Source of the DNA: Dysgonomonas hofstadii
Lineage (GTDB): Bacteria > Bacteroidota > Bacteroidia > Bacteroidales > Dysgonomonadaceae
Direction of reading: 5' to 3'
Assembly (NCBI GenBank): GCA_040395895.1
Contig: JBEBPN010000021.1
Span: forward strand, 1,596-65,595
Length of the DNA: 64,000 nucleotides
The notes below the pieces were generated by a model. It saw nothing but the letters and a program-made list of their open reading frames with translations, was not told the DNA's origin and searched no databases. Positions 27,066 through 36,512 of the stretch are shown piece by piece; position 1 is the first letter of the stretch, and every line of letters starts with the position of its first letter. The position numbers and the translations under genes were made by a program.

Positions 27066-27647
27066 TTATTTGTGTTGCGATGTGTATCTTCTTATGTTTT
27101 CGGCTGTGGGAGCATATCCTCTCAACTGTAGTTTCTGAGCTACGCTCTCCGCTTTCGGGGCGATGATCCATATCAGGAAGTAGGCAAATATGGCAGTGCC
27201 GTAGGCGAATGCCAGCGCCACAAATACGATACGTATTATAGTGACATCAACACCTGTGTAGGCGGCAATACCGCTACATACTCCGGCAAGCATTTTTTCG
27301 TCCACGTCTCTGTAGAATTTTCTTTCACCTTGAGTGTAATCTGATTCATAGCTGTTATAAGACGATGAATTTTGCGAAGCATATTCCTGTGATGCTGGCC
27401 CCATCTCTCCCAAGTGGTCTATTACAACCTGAACCAGTCCCATATCTACTACCTGATTGGGGAATTTCATTTCTTTCTGGAATATTTCGGCAACACGTGC
27501 CTCTACATCTTCCATTACTTCACGTGCTTCCAGTTTGTCGGGAATCGTTTCTTCAAATCGTTTCAAATATTCTTTCAATCTGAAATAGGCATCGTCTTCC
27601 ACTGTGAAATTGATACCTCCTATACTGACTTCTATAACTTTTTTCAT
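27066..27647 (-). CDS. PspC domain-containing membrane protein (short form)
   Basis: KFYRDVDEKMLAGVCSGIAAYTGVDVTIIRIVFVALAF. The N-terminal ~80 aa are paralogous to the N-terminus of the 501-aa protein (VSIGG-x-F-x-VE-DAY...YL). Confidence 0.8.
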   Translation of the reverse strand: MKKVIEVSIGGINFTVEDDAYFRLKEYLKRFEETIPDKLEAREVMEDVEARVAEIFQKEMKFPNQVVDMGLVQVVIDHLGEMGPASQEYASQNSSSYNSYESDYTQGERKFYRDVDEKMLAGVCSGIAAYTGVDVTIIRIVFVALAFAYGTAIFAYFLIWIIAPKAESVAQKLQLRGYAPTAENIRRYTSQHK

Positions 27648-27862
27648 AACCTACTATTATATTATACAATGTTGTTTGTAATGCAAATATATAAATAAAT
27701 ATTAGTACCTTGCAATACATAGTACTGCATACACAAAAAGCTTTAATAGGTAAACATCTTATTTACAGTAATTTGGTTATTTTATTTTATTCGCAAATTA
27801 ACTTTATTTAACCATATTGGGTGTAAAATATGATAATGAAATAGCTTAATAGAGCTTCTCAG

Positions 27863-28615
27863 CTATTTTAATACCTCATTCAATGGATTGTATTCAACCA
27901 CTTTGTATGGTTCTATAGAGAAATCGATGTAGAAGTAGTGATATTTATCTCTCTTATCAAATTTGCCATCTTTGTTCACATCTTCCAGTGTGCGGAAATA
28001 GTATCGTTGGCACCAGTTTTTCCAACCTCCGTCTTCTATTTCGTGATAGTCGGGCGAAATCTTTGTAAATGAAGTACCATCGAGTTTGCTTACATAGAAA
28101 GCGGTAATATCTTTTCTGTCTACTTTGCCGTCACGGTTTGTATCCATATCCTGCACAGTGTATAACAGATACTGTCTGCCTGTTTTTCTGGCAAGATCTC
28201 TCAGGTACATAATATTGGTAATATTCAACACCTTTTCCGATAGCGGGCGGGTAATATTGTTATCTACATCTTCGATAACGATATAGGTCATATTTCCCGA
28301 TATGGTATTTTCGGATCGGTATGCAACTTTATAGTCTGAACTGTTATAATCTTTCTTTGAAAAATACCTGCTGCCGCTTCTGTCTATCTCTACACTCACA
28401 AATCCAATAGGATGTATAAGCACGTGGGTACTGTCGAAAAAGACAGGAAAATCTGCCATCAGCACACGTGAAGTGTCGGTCAATATACTATCTATGGAAA
28501 CTTCCTGAGGAGGATTCTCTGTGTAGTCAACAGTATTTGTTTCATTGCGGTTTCCGCATGAAGAAAAAGAGGATAGTAGGAGAACGGATAATAGTATGGC
28601 AATACTTGTTTTCAT
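27863..28615 (-). CDS. Lipoprotein with two EF-hand-like Ca-binding loops
   Basis: Lipobox LLSSFSSC. DTNRDGKVDRKD and DVNKDGKFDKRD fit the DxNxDGxhDxxD loop pattern. Confidence 0.65.
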   Translation of the reverse strand: MKTSIAILLSVLLLSSFSSCGNRNETNTVDYTENPPQEVSIDSILTDTSRVLMADFPVFFDSTHVLIHPIGFVSVEIDRSGSRYFSKKDYNSSDYKVAYRSENTISGNMTYIVIEDVDNNITRPLSEKVLNITNIMYLRDLARKTGRQYLLYTVQDMDTNRDGKVDRKDITAFYVSKLDGTSFTKISPDYHEIEDGGWKNWCQRYYFRTLEDVNKDGKFDKRDKYHYFYIDFSIEPYKVVEYNPLNEVLK

Positions 28616-28675
28616 AATCTAAATTATTTATATCGTTTGAGTTATCTATCCTCCAAAGATAATAATATTTTAGAC

Positions 28676-29980
28676 TTACGTATATTTTCTCGGATAGCGG
28701 AATATGATGGATGCAATGGCTGCTATTCCTATCAGGAACGGATAATAGAGATTAGGAACAATCTCCATCGGGCTGACCCTTGCCAGTCCTGCCGCGATCA
28801 GCAGTTGCGCCCCGTAAGGGATAAGCCCCTGCACAAAACAGGAAAAAGTATCGAGCAGACTGGCTATCTTCCGGTTGTCAAGATCGAACTTATCACTGAT
28901 ATTTTTTGCAATAGGCCCGCTTATTATCAGGGCTATAGTGTTGTTTGCTGTGCATAGGTTGGTGAAGGAGATCAGTCCGGCTATCGAAAATTCAGCAGAC
29001 CGTTTCGACCGTATATTGCGTGTCATTTTCTCGATTAGCCAATCAATACCGCCATTGAAGCGTATCAGCTCAAACATTCCGCCTGCCATCAGCGATACTA
29101 TAATGAGCTCACCCATATCTACCACAATGCCGTTGCTCATTGCTTTAGTCCAGTCCCATACACCGAATCCTCCTGTAAAGAGCCCGATTATGCCCGACAG
29201 TATTATGCCCAGAGCAAGCACTGCCATAACATTGACTCCGGCAAGGGCAACCACCAGTACAGCCAGATAGGGAAGTACTTTGAGCCATTCCACCTGATCG
29301 AACGAAACAGGTGTACCGCCACTCAGTTCGAGTCCCTGATATATATAGATTCCCAATACAATAAGAACTACCGGAAATACGATTCTTATATTCACTTTAA
29401 ACTTGTCCTGCATATTACAGCCTTGCGTACGTGTGGCTACAATCGTAGTGTCGGATATAAACGACAGGTTGTCGCCGAACATGGCTCCGCCGACCACCAC
29501 ACCCAGCATCAGCGGCAGGTCGATACCCGCCTGCGCCGAAACGCCGACAGCTATAGGTGCCAATGCCGCAATAGTGCCTGTGGACGTACCCATCGACATA
29601 GAGATAAAGCAGGCGGCAATAAATACACTGGCGAGAATAGTCTTTTGCGGTAACAGGTACAACATCATATTCACTGTGGCATCTACCGCTCCCATTGCTT
29701 TGGCTGTACCTGCAAATGCTCCTGCCAGAATGAAGATAACGACCATCAGCATAATGGTTTCATTGGCTGCACCTCTGCAAAACTGTGTTATACGGTTCGA
29801 TAGTTTTCCTCCTTTAGAATAGAGTATAGCCGCCATAGAGGCCACCATGAAAGCCACCGATACAGGCATCTGGTAAAGGTCGCCCGTAAATATGAATGTG
29901 AGCACATATAATAAAAAGAATACGGCCAGCGGCATTAATGCCCAGCCTTTAGAATGATACCATTTTCTGTATTTATCCAT
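28676..29980 (-). CDS. nhaC: Na+/H+ antiporter NhaC family
   Basis: 434 aa, polytopic with about 11-12 TM. The overall sequence resembles the NhaC family (GAVDATV, GTSTGTIAALAPIAVGV segments); this is recognition by eye only. Confidence 0.75.
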   Translation of the reverse strand: MDKYRKWYHSKGWALMPLAVFFLLYVLTFIFTGDLYQMPVSVAFMVASMAAILYSKGGKLSNRITQFCRGAANETIMLMVVIFILAGAFAGTAKAMGAVDATVNMMLYLLPQKTILASVFIAACFISMSMGTSTGTIAALAPIAVGVSAQAGIDLPLMLGVVVGGAMFGDNLSFISDTTIVATRTQGCNMQDKFKVNIRIVFPVVLIVLGIYIYQGLELSGGTPVSFDQVEWLKVLPYLAVLVVALAGVNVMAVLALGIILSGIIGLFTGGFGVWDWTKAMSNGIVVDMGELIIVSLMAGGMFELIRFNGGIDWLIEKMTRNIRSKRSAEFSIAGLISFTNLCTANNTIALIISGPIAKNISDKFDLDNRKIASLLDTFSCFVQGLIPYGAQLLIAAGLARVSPMEIVPNLYYPFLIGIAAIASIIFRYPRKYT

Positions 29981-30098
29981 TGTGAGTGTACACTATTATA
30001 GAATCCGGCTGCAAAGATAAAACAAAATCAAGCGGAATAGGTGTTTTTAAGCTGATGTAGAGTCAAAAAATATTACGCCCAGCACTAATCTACGTTTC

Positions 30099-30123
30099 GG
30101 GCGAAAGATTTTTCGCGCCTACA
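30099..30123. repeat. REP-like hairpin copy (GGGCGAAAGATTTTTCGCGCCTAC)
   Basis: GGGCGAAA / TTTCGC(G)CC stem followed by TAC. Same family as 18626-18690 and 54547-54574. Confidence 0.6.
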
Positions 30124-30347
30124 AGCATTCGGAGAAGATACACTTATTGTCTTACCTATTTTTCCTTACTGCAAGATCAGTAATAATCTTCAATGTTAAA
30201 ATAGATGAAAAATATAGAATGTTAGTGAGAAAACCTATAATTGTTGCGAAAAAATAGTAGATAGGCAATCAGTGAAATGAATCTATTCATATCTTCGCGT
30301 TCGTCAAATTCAATTATTAATACTAAAACAACATATATCAGCACTTT

Positions 30348-32933
30348 ATGAAAGCACGCATTTTGTTGATACTTCTTTTGTCTATCAACCTGTCTTTTGT
30401 TTTTGCCCAGCATAGCGTTATTAATGTGACAGTAAAAGGACAGGTAACCGATTCGCTGACAAAAGAAACTATCCCTTACGCAACACTTAAGATTATGTCG
30501 GAGGGCAATCCTTCCACATTGGTAAAGGCTTTGGCTACCGATGATGATGGTAAGTTTCAGTTCACAATGAATAAAAAAGGAAAATACCTGCTTCTGTCCG
30601 AATATATAGGAAAACGTACTGCTACGCAGACGATAGAGATAGGCGATGCCAGAACATTGGATTTGGGTATTATAGAAATGAGTGATAATGCACAGGCGCT
30701 GAGCGAAATTGAAGTTACGGCTCAAAAACCATTGGTAAAAGTGGATTTGGATAAGATAACCTACAGCATGGAAGACGATCCCGAAGCCAAGACTAACAAT
30801 GTGCTGGATATGTTGAAAAAAGTACCACTGATAACCGTCGACGGAGATGAGAATATCCAGTTGAAAGGTTCTTCCAGTTTTAAGATATACCTGAACGGGA
30901 AACCGTCGAACATGATAAGTAACAATCCGAAAGATGTACTGCGTAGTATGCCTGCTAATACGATAAAGGACATACAGGTAATAACCGATCCGGGAGCTAA
31001 GTACGATGCTGAAGGTGTAGCGGGTATCATAAATATAATCACACAAAAGGATTCCTCAATGGGTGGCTATACAGCTACTGTAAATGGACGGATCGACAAT
31101 ATGGGCGCTCTGGGCGGGGGAGTATATTTGTCACTGAAACAAGGCAAGATCGGTTTTACAGGAGGATACAATTATTATGAATGGAAACAACCTAAGGGCG
31201 AATATTCGTCTTACAGGGAAAATATCAGCGATATGCCTGTTGCCTCGGAAACAAAATACCTGTATCAGAACGGATTTAATAAAAATAACGGGAATGGGCA
31301 ATACGGCTCGGGAGAACTGAGCTACGAAATAGATACGCTCAACCTGATCAATGTGGGTTTTAACCGCTACTATGGTACAAGTAAGTCAAAAATAGAACGA
31401 TTCAATGAAATGCTCGATGCAGATAGAGATAGCCGATACAAGTACGATCAGTTGGGAAATACCAAGAGTACCTATGGAGGTACAGACCTGAATGCCGATT
31501 ATCAACGTACATTCAGTGTGAAAGACAGGCTGTTGACGGCTTCGTATCGTTTAAGCCTCAATCCGAACGATTCTAAATCGAATACCGATGTGCTGAATGC
31601 TACGGGTACCTTGCCCGAAGATGCCGTTACCAATACACAATATACCAATGCCGATATGAAAGAGCATACCTTTCAGGCAGATTATGTAACACCTCTCGGC
31701 AAAATAGAGGTTAGTGATAAGAAATTTTTCACCCATACGCTCGAAGCCGGAGCCAAATATATAATCCGCATCAACCAAAGCCATAGCGGAAAAGATGTGC
31801 TCGGCGCAGATGGAAACTGGACGCCTGACGAGTCGGATAACGACCGCTTTAAACATCGTCAGGACATACTGGCTGCATACGGAGGATACAGTGCGAAACT
31901 CGACAAATGGGGAATGAAAACCGGATTACGTTACGAAGCTACATGGCTGGATGCGAAATTCCCGATCAATGAAGAACAGAATTTCAAGGTCGACTATTCC
32001 AATGTTGTACCTTCGATTACATTCACTTATCAGCCACAGATGCAGCATAGCATACGTCTGGGATACAATATGCGCATATCGCGTCCCGGTATCTGGCAGC
32101 TCAATCCGTATAACAACACGTCCGATGCCAATTATCAACGGGTAGGTAACCCCGAACTGGATGCAGTGAAAACACATTCGATAAGCTCCAATTATGGATA
32201 TTTCAGCCCTAAGCTGAATCTGAATTTTAACCTGTCTTACGATTTCGAGAATAACGGCATAGAAGATATTACATCGATCACTGATGAAGGAATCAGCCTT
32301 ACCACTTACGATAATATTGGCAAGCGGAGAAACGCCGGACTATCTGTCTATCTGAACTGGACACCGGGCGGGAACAGCGGCTTTGCAGAGCTAATGAAGA
32401 AAATCAAGTTCGATGTCACTAAAATTCGTTTATATACCAATATGTCGGGACGCTATACGAATATTAAGACCAATAATGACCGTAACTTGTCTAACGACGG
32501 ATTCAACGGCAATATATTTGCCGGATTGCAATATTCGATGCCTAAAGATTTTCAGTTCAACCTGAATAGCGGCTTCTTTAGTCCGCGTATCAGTTTGCAG
32601 GGAAAAAGTCCTTCTTTCTATTTCTACGGACTATCTCTGAGCAAAGAGTTTAAGATCACTCACGAACACCTGAAAGGGGTTACTGTAAGGGCTTATGTAG
32701 ACAATCCGTTGACTAAAGACCGTGAGTTCAGAAGTAAAAGTACAACAGATATATTCTACTCCGAAACTGTTTTCAATAATCGTATGCGCCGCTTTGGGAT
32801 ATCGTTCTCTCTGCGTTTCGGCGAAATGAAAGCCCAGATAAAGAAGGCTCAGCGTGGTATCAATAATGATGATAATATGGGGAGCGGGCAAGGCAGTGGC
32901 CAGACAGGACAAGGTGGCGGTCAGGGCGGATAA
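30348..32933 (+). CDS. Outer-membrane beta-barrel (TonB-dependent-receptor-like) protein with an N-terminal carboxypeptidase-regulatory-like domain
   Basis: 861 aa with a signal peptide. GQVTDSLTKETIPYATLKI (CarbopepD_reg-like), a plug-like segment (ITYSMEDDPEAKTNNVLDMLKKVPLITVDG) and a long beta-barrel. The C-terminal tail is Gly/Gln-rich. Confidence 0.8.
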   Translation: MKARILLILLLSINLSFVFAQHSVINVTVKGQVTDSLTKETIPYATLKIMSEGNPSTLVKALATDDDGKFQFTMNKKGKYLLLSEYIGKRTATQTIEIGDARTLDLGIIEMSDNAQALSEIEVTAQKPLVKVDLDKITYSMEDDPEAKTNNVLDMLKKVPLITVDGDENIQLKGSSSFKIYLNGKPSNMISNNPKDVLRSMPANTIKDIQVITDPGAKYDAEGVAGIINIITQKDSSMGGYTATVNGRIDNMGALGGGVYLSLKQGKIGFTGGYNYYEWKQPKGEYSSYRENISDMPVASETKYLYQNGFNKNNGNGQYGSGELSYEIDTLNLINVGFNRYYGTSKSKIERFNEMLDADRDSRYKYDQLGNTKSTYGGTDLNADYQRTFSVKDRLLTASYRLSLNPNDSKSNTDVLNATGTLPEDAVTNTQYTNADMKEHTFQADYVTPLGKIEVSDKKFFTHTLEAGAKYIIRINQSHSGKDVLGADGNWTPDESDNDRFKHRQDILAAYGGYSAKLDKWGMKTGLRYEATWLDAKFPINEEQNFKVDYSNVVPSITFTYQPQMQHSIRLGYNMRISRPGIWQLNPYNNTSDANYQRVGNPELDAVKTHSISSNYGYFSPKLNLNFNLSYDFENNGIEDITSITDEGISLTTYDNIGKRRNAGLSVYLNWTPGGNSGFAELMKKIKFDVTKIRLYTNMSGRYTNIKTNNDRNLSNDGFNGNIFAGLQYSMPKDFQFNLNSGFFSPRISLQGKSPSFYFYGLSLSKEFKITHEHLKGVTVRAYVDNPLTKDREFRSKSTTDIFYSETVFNNRMRRFGISFSLRFGEMKAQIKKAQRGINNDDNMGSGQGSGQTGQGGGQGG

Positions 32934-33004
32934 TCCGGTAAAAATTATGATATGTGAACCTCAGAGCTTTTTAGTTTTGAGGTTTTTCATTTGAGGAAAT
33001 ATCC

Positions 33005-33012
33005 TATCTTTG
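33005..33012 (+). promoter_or_regulatory. Bacteroidota -7 box TATCTTTG
   Basis: Exact TAnnTTTG, 19 nt upstream of ATG 33031. Confidence 0.45.
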
Positions 33013-33030
33013 CCTGATATTTCTCAACCG

Positions 33031-33942
33031 ATGAAACAGGCATTTATCAAGCTGCATCTATCTATCATTATTGCCGGATTTACCGGGATCTTCGGCAAGC
33101 TGATTACATTGAACGAAGGCATGCTGGTATGGTATAGAATACTTATAACATCCATTATGCTCCTGTTACTGCTTTGGTTTACCCGAAAGCTGAAAGCGAT
33201 TCCTGTCCGCGATATGTTGAAGATGGGATTTGTAGGTTTGTTGCTGATGTTGCACTGGTTGTTTTTCTATGCCAGCATCAAAGCCTCGAATGTGTCTATC
33301 GGGGTGGTCTGTTTTTCTATGACCGGATTTTTTACTGCTATATTTGAACCATTGATCAATCGGAAGAAAATTTCGGTGCGCGAACTGCTGTTCAGTATTA
33401 TTGCCCTTTGCGGGGTTGCCCTGATTTTCCACTTCGATACACGCTACCGTACCGGAATATTGCTCGGCGCCATATCATCAGCTTTAGCCGCATGCTTTGT
33501 CATTGCCAATAAGAGGGTAGGGAGCACTACTTCCTATACATGGGATACAACATTGTTTTACGAAATGGTCGGTGGCTTTGCCTGCCTAAGCCTTATGATG
33601 CCCGTTTACCTGTACTTCTTCCCTGTAGAATCGTTTGCTCCGGGCGGGCTCAATCTTTTCTATCTCCTCCTGTTTGCAGCGGTATGTACCATCGGATTAT
33701 ATATGTTGCAGATACAGGCACTGAAGAGTATTTCGGCATTTACGATGAATCTCAGTTACAATCTCGAACCGGTGTACAGTATCATTCTGGCTATGATAAT
33801 ATTCGGCGAAGCAAAGGAACTTAACTTTTCCTTTTATGCCGGACTGCTACTGATCATATTGTCAGTACTATTGCAGATGTGGACTGTAATGAACGAGCAA
33901 AAGAGGGCTAAACTGGCGGCACAGCGTAGCGATATTCTTTAG
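33031..33942 (+). CDS. DMT superfamily (EamA-like) transporter
   Basis: 10 predicted TM helices in two repeated halves. The ATG is at 33031; the track start 33010 is TTG. Confidence 0.8.
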   Translation: MKQAFIKLHLSIIIAGFTGIFGKLITLNEGMLVWYRILITSIMLLLLLWFTRKLKAIPVRDMLKMGFVGLLLMLHWLFFYASIKASNVSIGVVCFSMTGFFTAIFEPLINRKKISVRELLFSIIALCGVALIFHFDTRYRTGILLGAISSALAACFVIANKRVGSTTSYTWDTTLFYEMVGGFACLSLMMPVYLYFFPVESFAPGGLNLFYLLLFAAVCTIGLYMLQIQALKSISAFTMNLSYNLEPVYSIILAMIIFGEAKELNFSFYAGLLLIILSVLLQMWTVMNEQKRAKLAAQRSDIL

Positions 33943-33950
33943 ATAGATAT

Positions 33951-34961
33951 TTAGCGGTCTTTATCCAGATATTCTTGTTTGAAAATATTGACAAGTAATA
34001 CGAACATCGACAGATATAGCGGCCCGAATATAACTCCCCAAAATCCGAACACAGACAAACCGATCACTACCCCGAATACGGTGATAAGCGGGTGTATATT
34101 CGCCAGTTTCTTTTGCAGGAACAATCGCAGCAGGTTGTCGACATTAGAGATAACGATCAGTGAATAAGCTGTCAATCCCAGTGCATTCATCCAGTCGCCA
34201 CTGATACCCATATATATAGCGATTGGGAACCATATAGCCATAGTACCTACTACCGGAATAATGGAGGCAAAGCAAGTGACAAATGCAAATAATACGGGAT
34301 TGGGTACATCAAAGATCCAATATCCGGCAAGGGCAAAGCCTCCCTGTATGATGGCAAGCAGGGGAATACCTATAGCATTCGATTTTACCATTACATCTAC
34401 TTCGCGCAGTACATCTTTTTTGTTAACATTATTGAACGGAAGAAGATCATAAAAGTATTCTTCCATTTTTCGTCCGCCTATCAGCATAAAGTAGAGGACA
34501 AAAAGCAGGATCACCGAGTTGAGTACAAAACTGCTTACACTGTTGATTATTATTTGTCCTATCTTGGGCAGATATGCGGCAGCCTTTACCATGTTGTCGG
34601 TATTGAGTACATTATATCCCGTTTTCTCTGTTATGGCATCGGCAAATTTCTGGATAACGTTTATTGTTGCAGACGGATCGAGGTTGATTCCGTGCAGCTC
34701 TTCTATCAGCAGCCATACGGCAAACGAGCAGGGAATAAGGAAGATAAGGAGAACTTCGACCAGAATAAGTGATGCCGACAGGCTTTTCCCCCATTTTTTC
34801 TTTTCTATCAGGTAGAACATCTGTTTCCTGACCAATATGTATACGGTACTGGCTCCGAGAAATCCACTGAGGAAAGGGGCATATTCGCGAAACAGCAGGA
34901 TTGCCATGAACACGATAAGAGCGATGAGCGTATATTTCCAGTATTGTTCTTTTGTTGTCAT
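33951..34961 (-). CDS. AI-2E family transporter (PerM-like permease)
   Basis: 336 aa with 7-8 TM. The layout is typical of the family: a long cytoplasmic loop, then IIPVVGTMAIWFPIAIY. Confidence 0.8.
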   Translation of the reverse strand: MTTKEQYWKYTLIALIVFMAILLFREYAPFLSGFLGASTVYILVRKQMFYLIEKKKWGKSLSASLILVEVLLIFLIPCSFAVWLLIEELHGINLDPSATINVIQKFADAITEKTGYNVLNTDNMVKAAAYLPKIGQIIINSVSSFVLNSVILLFVLYFMLIGGRKMEEYFYDLLPFNNVNKKDVLREVDVMVKSNAIGIPLLAIIQGGFALAGYWIFDVPNPVLFAFVTCFASIIPVVGTMAIWFPIAIYMGISGDWMNALGLTAYSLIVISNVDNLLRLFLQKKLANIHPLITVFGVVIGLSVFGFWGVIFGPLYLSMFVLLVNIFKQEYLDKDR

Positions 34962-35101
34962 ACTTCCCTGATTGAATGTTAATTTTGTGCAAATTTATGA
35001 ATAATTTCCGGTACTGTTTTATACTGTTACAATATAAAACAAAAGACTGAACTTCAGAGTTCAGCCTTTCGCATTGTTTTTATTTAGTTTCCTTATATTT
35101 T

Positions 35102-35962
35102 TTATTTGGGCAGTACGAATGGTATGGGCAGCATTACCTGCATGGCTACAGGCTTTCCGTCTTTTAGTCCCGGTGTCCATTTCGGCATTTTCTTTATCAG
35201 GTAGAACGCTTCGCGGTCGCAGTCGGGGAACAGGCTCTTGAAAACCCAGATTTTAGATATTTCACCATCCGGCTCTATCATCAGATTGTAGATAGCACGT
35301 CCTTCTATGCCATATTGTAAAGCCCTTTTAGGGTATTTCATATTTGTTTGCAGATAAGCATCTAAAGCTTCCTGTCCACCCGGAAACTCGGGATAGCAAT
35401 TAAGCGAAGGGTCAGATTGGGCAACAGATATAGAATCGTTAACCCTTTTCATTTCGTTCATTTTTTTTACTGCATCTTCAATCAGAGGATCGTTGATCGG
35501 AGGAGGTTCAGGCATACTGACACCGTTTTTCTTCACATCTTCCCTCAATTCATCATTCAATGTAAAGGATACATTCAATCCCTGTTGCATGTCTATTGCT
35601 TCTCCGTTCCGTGTGGCGGGTGCCCATCTGGGCATGGCTTTTACTATACGGAGAGTTTCCTTGTCGGCCATTGGGTCGAATCCTTTCGTTATTTCAATGT
35701 CTTTAACCATTCCCTCCTTGTCGATAGTAAATAAGACATTGATATCACCTTCCATTTCTATTTTTACGAGCAGGCGTGGATAGACTATATTATCATCAAA
35801 AAATGAATAGAGCCCTTCTTCCCCGCCCGGAAACTGAGGAGCAGTAGTGTTGTCGGTTAGAGCACCCATTTGTATCGGTCTGACTGTTATACCGTCTTTT
35901 GCCGTAATTCCTATACAAAAGAATAGTAAAGTGAGTGTAAGAATTCTTGTTTTATATCCCAT
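35102..35962 (-). CDS. Energy-transducer TonB-family protein with two C-terminal TonB_C-like domains
   Basis: FPGGEEGLYSFFDDNIVYP... and FPGGQEALDAYLQTNMKYP... are repeated. The likely start is MGYKTRILTLTLLFFCIGITA (35962). A TATATTTG box on the minus strand at 36044-36037 supports the shorter start. Confidence 0.75.
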   Translation of the reverse strand: MGYKTRILTLTLLFFCIGITAKDGITVRPIQMGALTDNTTAPQFPGGEEGLYSFFDDNIVYPRLLVKIEMEGDINVLFTIDKEGMVKDIEITKGFDPMADKETLRIVKAMPRWAPATRNGEAIDMQQGLNVSFTLNDELREDVKKNGVSMPEPPPINDPLIEDAVKKMNEMKRVNDSISVAQSDPSLNCYPEFPGGQEALDAYLQTNMKYPKRALQYGIEGRAIYNLMIEPDGEISKIWVFKSLFPDCDREAFYLIKKMPKWTPGLKDGKPVAMQVMLPIPFVLPK

Positions 35963-36092
35963 GTTTTGTTGTTTCAATTTGTCGTATATCTCTAAATAAG
36001 AAACTTCTATGTTTGATAGACATACATATTCCACAGGCAAATATAAATAAATTCCTCAATTCGTTGTATCCTTATTAAGAATGTTTATCTAT

Positions 36093-36160
36093 ATGAATTA
36101 TGAATTATGAATTATGAATTATGAATTATGAATTATGAATTATGAATTATGAATTATGAA
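36093..36160. repeat. Heptanucleotide microsatellite (ATGAATT) x 9.7
   Basis: By my own count there are 9 perfect tandem units from 36093 to 36155, plus a partial ATGAA. The repeat is non-coding, because TGA recurs in phase. Confidence 0.95.
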
Positions 36161-36191
36161 AAATATAATAATGTATGATGTTTGTAAACTT

Positions 36192-36300
36192 TGTCAGATT
36201 TTAGTAAAATAGAATTATATCTGTTATCATGCTGAGGAATGAAGCATCTCTTATGATGAAAGAGATTCTTCCTTACAGTCAGAGTGATGAGGATAATGAA
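36192..36300. repeat. Intergenic repeat remnants: a reverse-oriented ATTTTACTAAAATCTGACA box plus a palindromic GAGGAATGAAGCATCTC / GAGATTCTTCC unit
   Basis: The reverse complement of 36192-36210 is ATTTTACTAAAATCTGACA, matching the boxes at 18581 and 18698 apart from one indel. Confidence 0.5.
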
Positions 36301-36487
36301 AGGAATAACTGCAAACTTTGTTATCTTTTAATTGTTTATTGTTAACAATTTAAGAAATGATGAAAACCGGATTAATAACAGTAATATCACAATTTTGCTA
36401 TGGCTTACAGAAAGTCAGAAAAAGGTATGCTTTGTGAGGTAAATCTTACTTTAATCTATTTTTTATCGAAAAAAGAATCTTTTTGTT

Positions 36488-36495
36488 TATCTTTG
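36488..36495 (+). promoter_or_regulatory. Bacteroidota -7 box TATCTTTG for glmS
   Basis: Exact TAnnTTTG, 18 nt upstream of ATG 36513. Confidence 0.5.
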
Positions 36496-36512
36496 ACCTC
36501 AAAAATAAATTT

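Noticed and set aside
30222-31046. Long minus-strand ORF (274 aa) overlapping the start of the outer-membrane receptor gene. Similar antisense ORFs occur at 10061..10609, 23692..24261, 36804..37319, 37365..37826, 38454..39065, 44563..45057, 46802..47413, 49481..49945, 55105..55590 and 56213..56683.
   Set aside because: Each lies antisense to a gene with clear family motifs. Their translations are Tyr/Ile/Phe/Cys/Arg-rich with no domain motifs, signal peptides or promoter boxes, which is typical of shadow ORFs in AT-rich DNA.
36338-36349. 12-nt perfect palindrome ATTGTTAACAAT in the glmS upstream region.
   Set aside because: It is short, AT-rich and unique in the window, and cannot be distinguished from chance without comparative data.
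36170-36512. Looked for a glmS ribozyme or other riboswitch in the long glmS leader.
   Set aside because: I see no glmS ribozyme-like pseudoknotted core. The TATCTTTG box at 36488 puts the likely TSS only about 10-15 nt before the ATG. The upstream DNA is instead occupied by the microsatellite and repeat remnants, and the ribozyme is characteristic of Gram-positive lineages.
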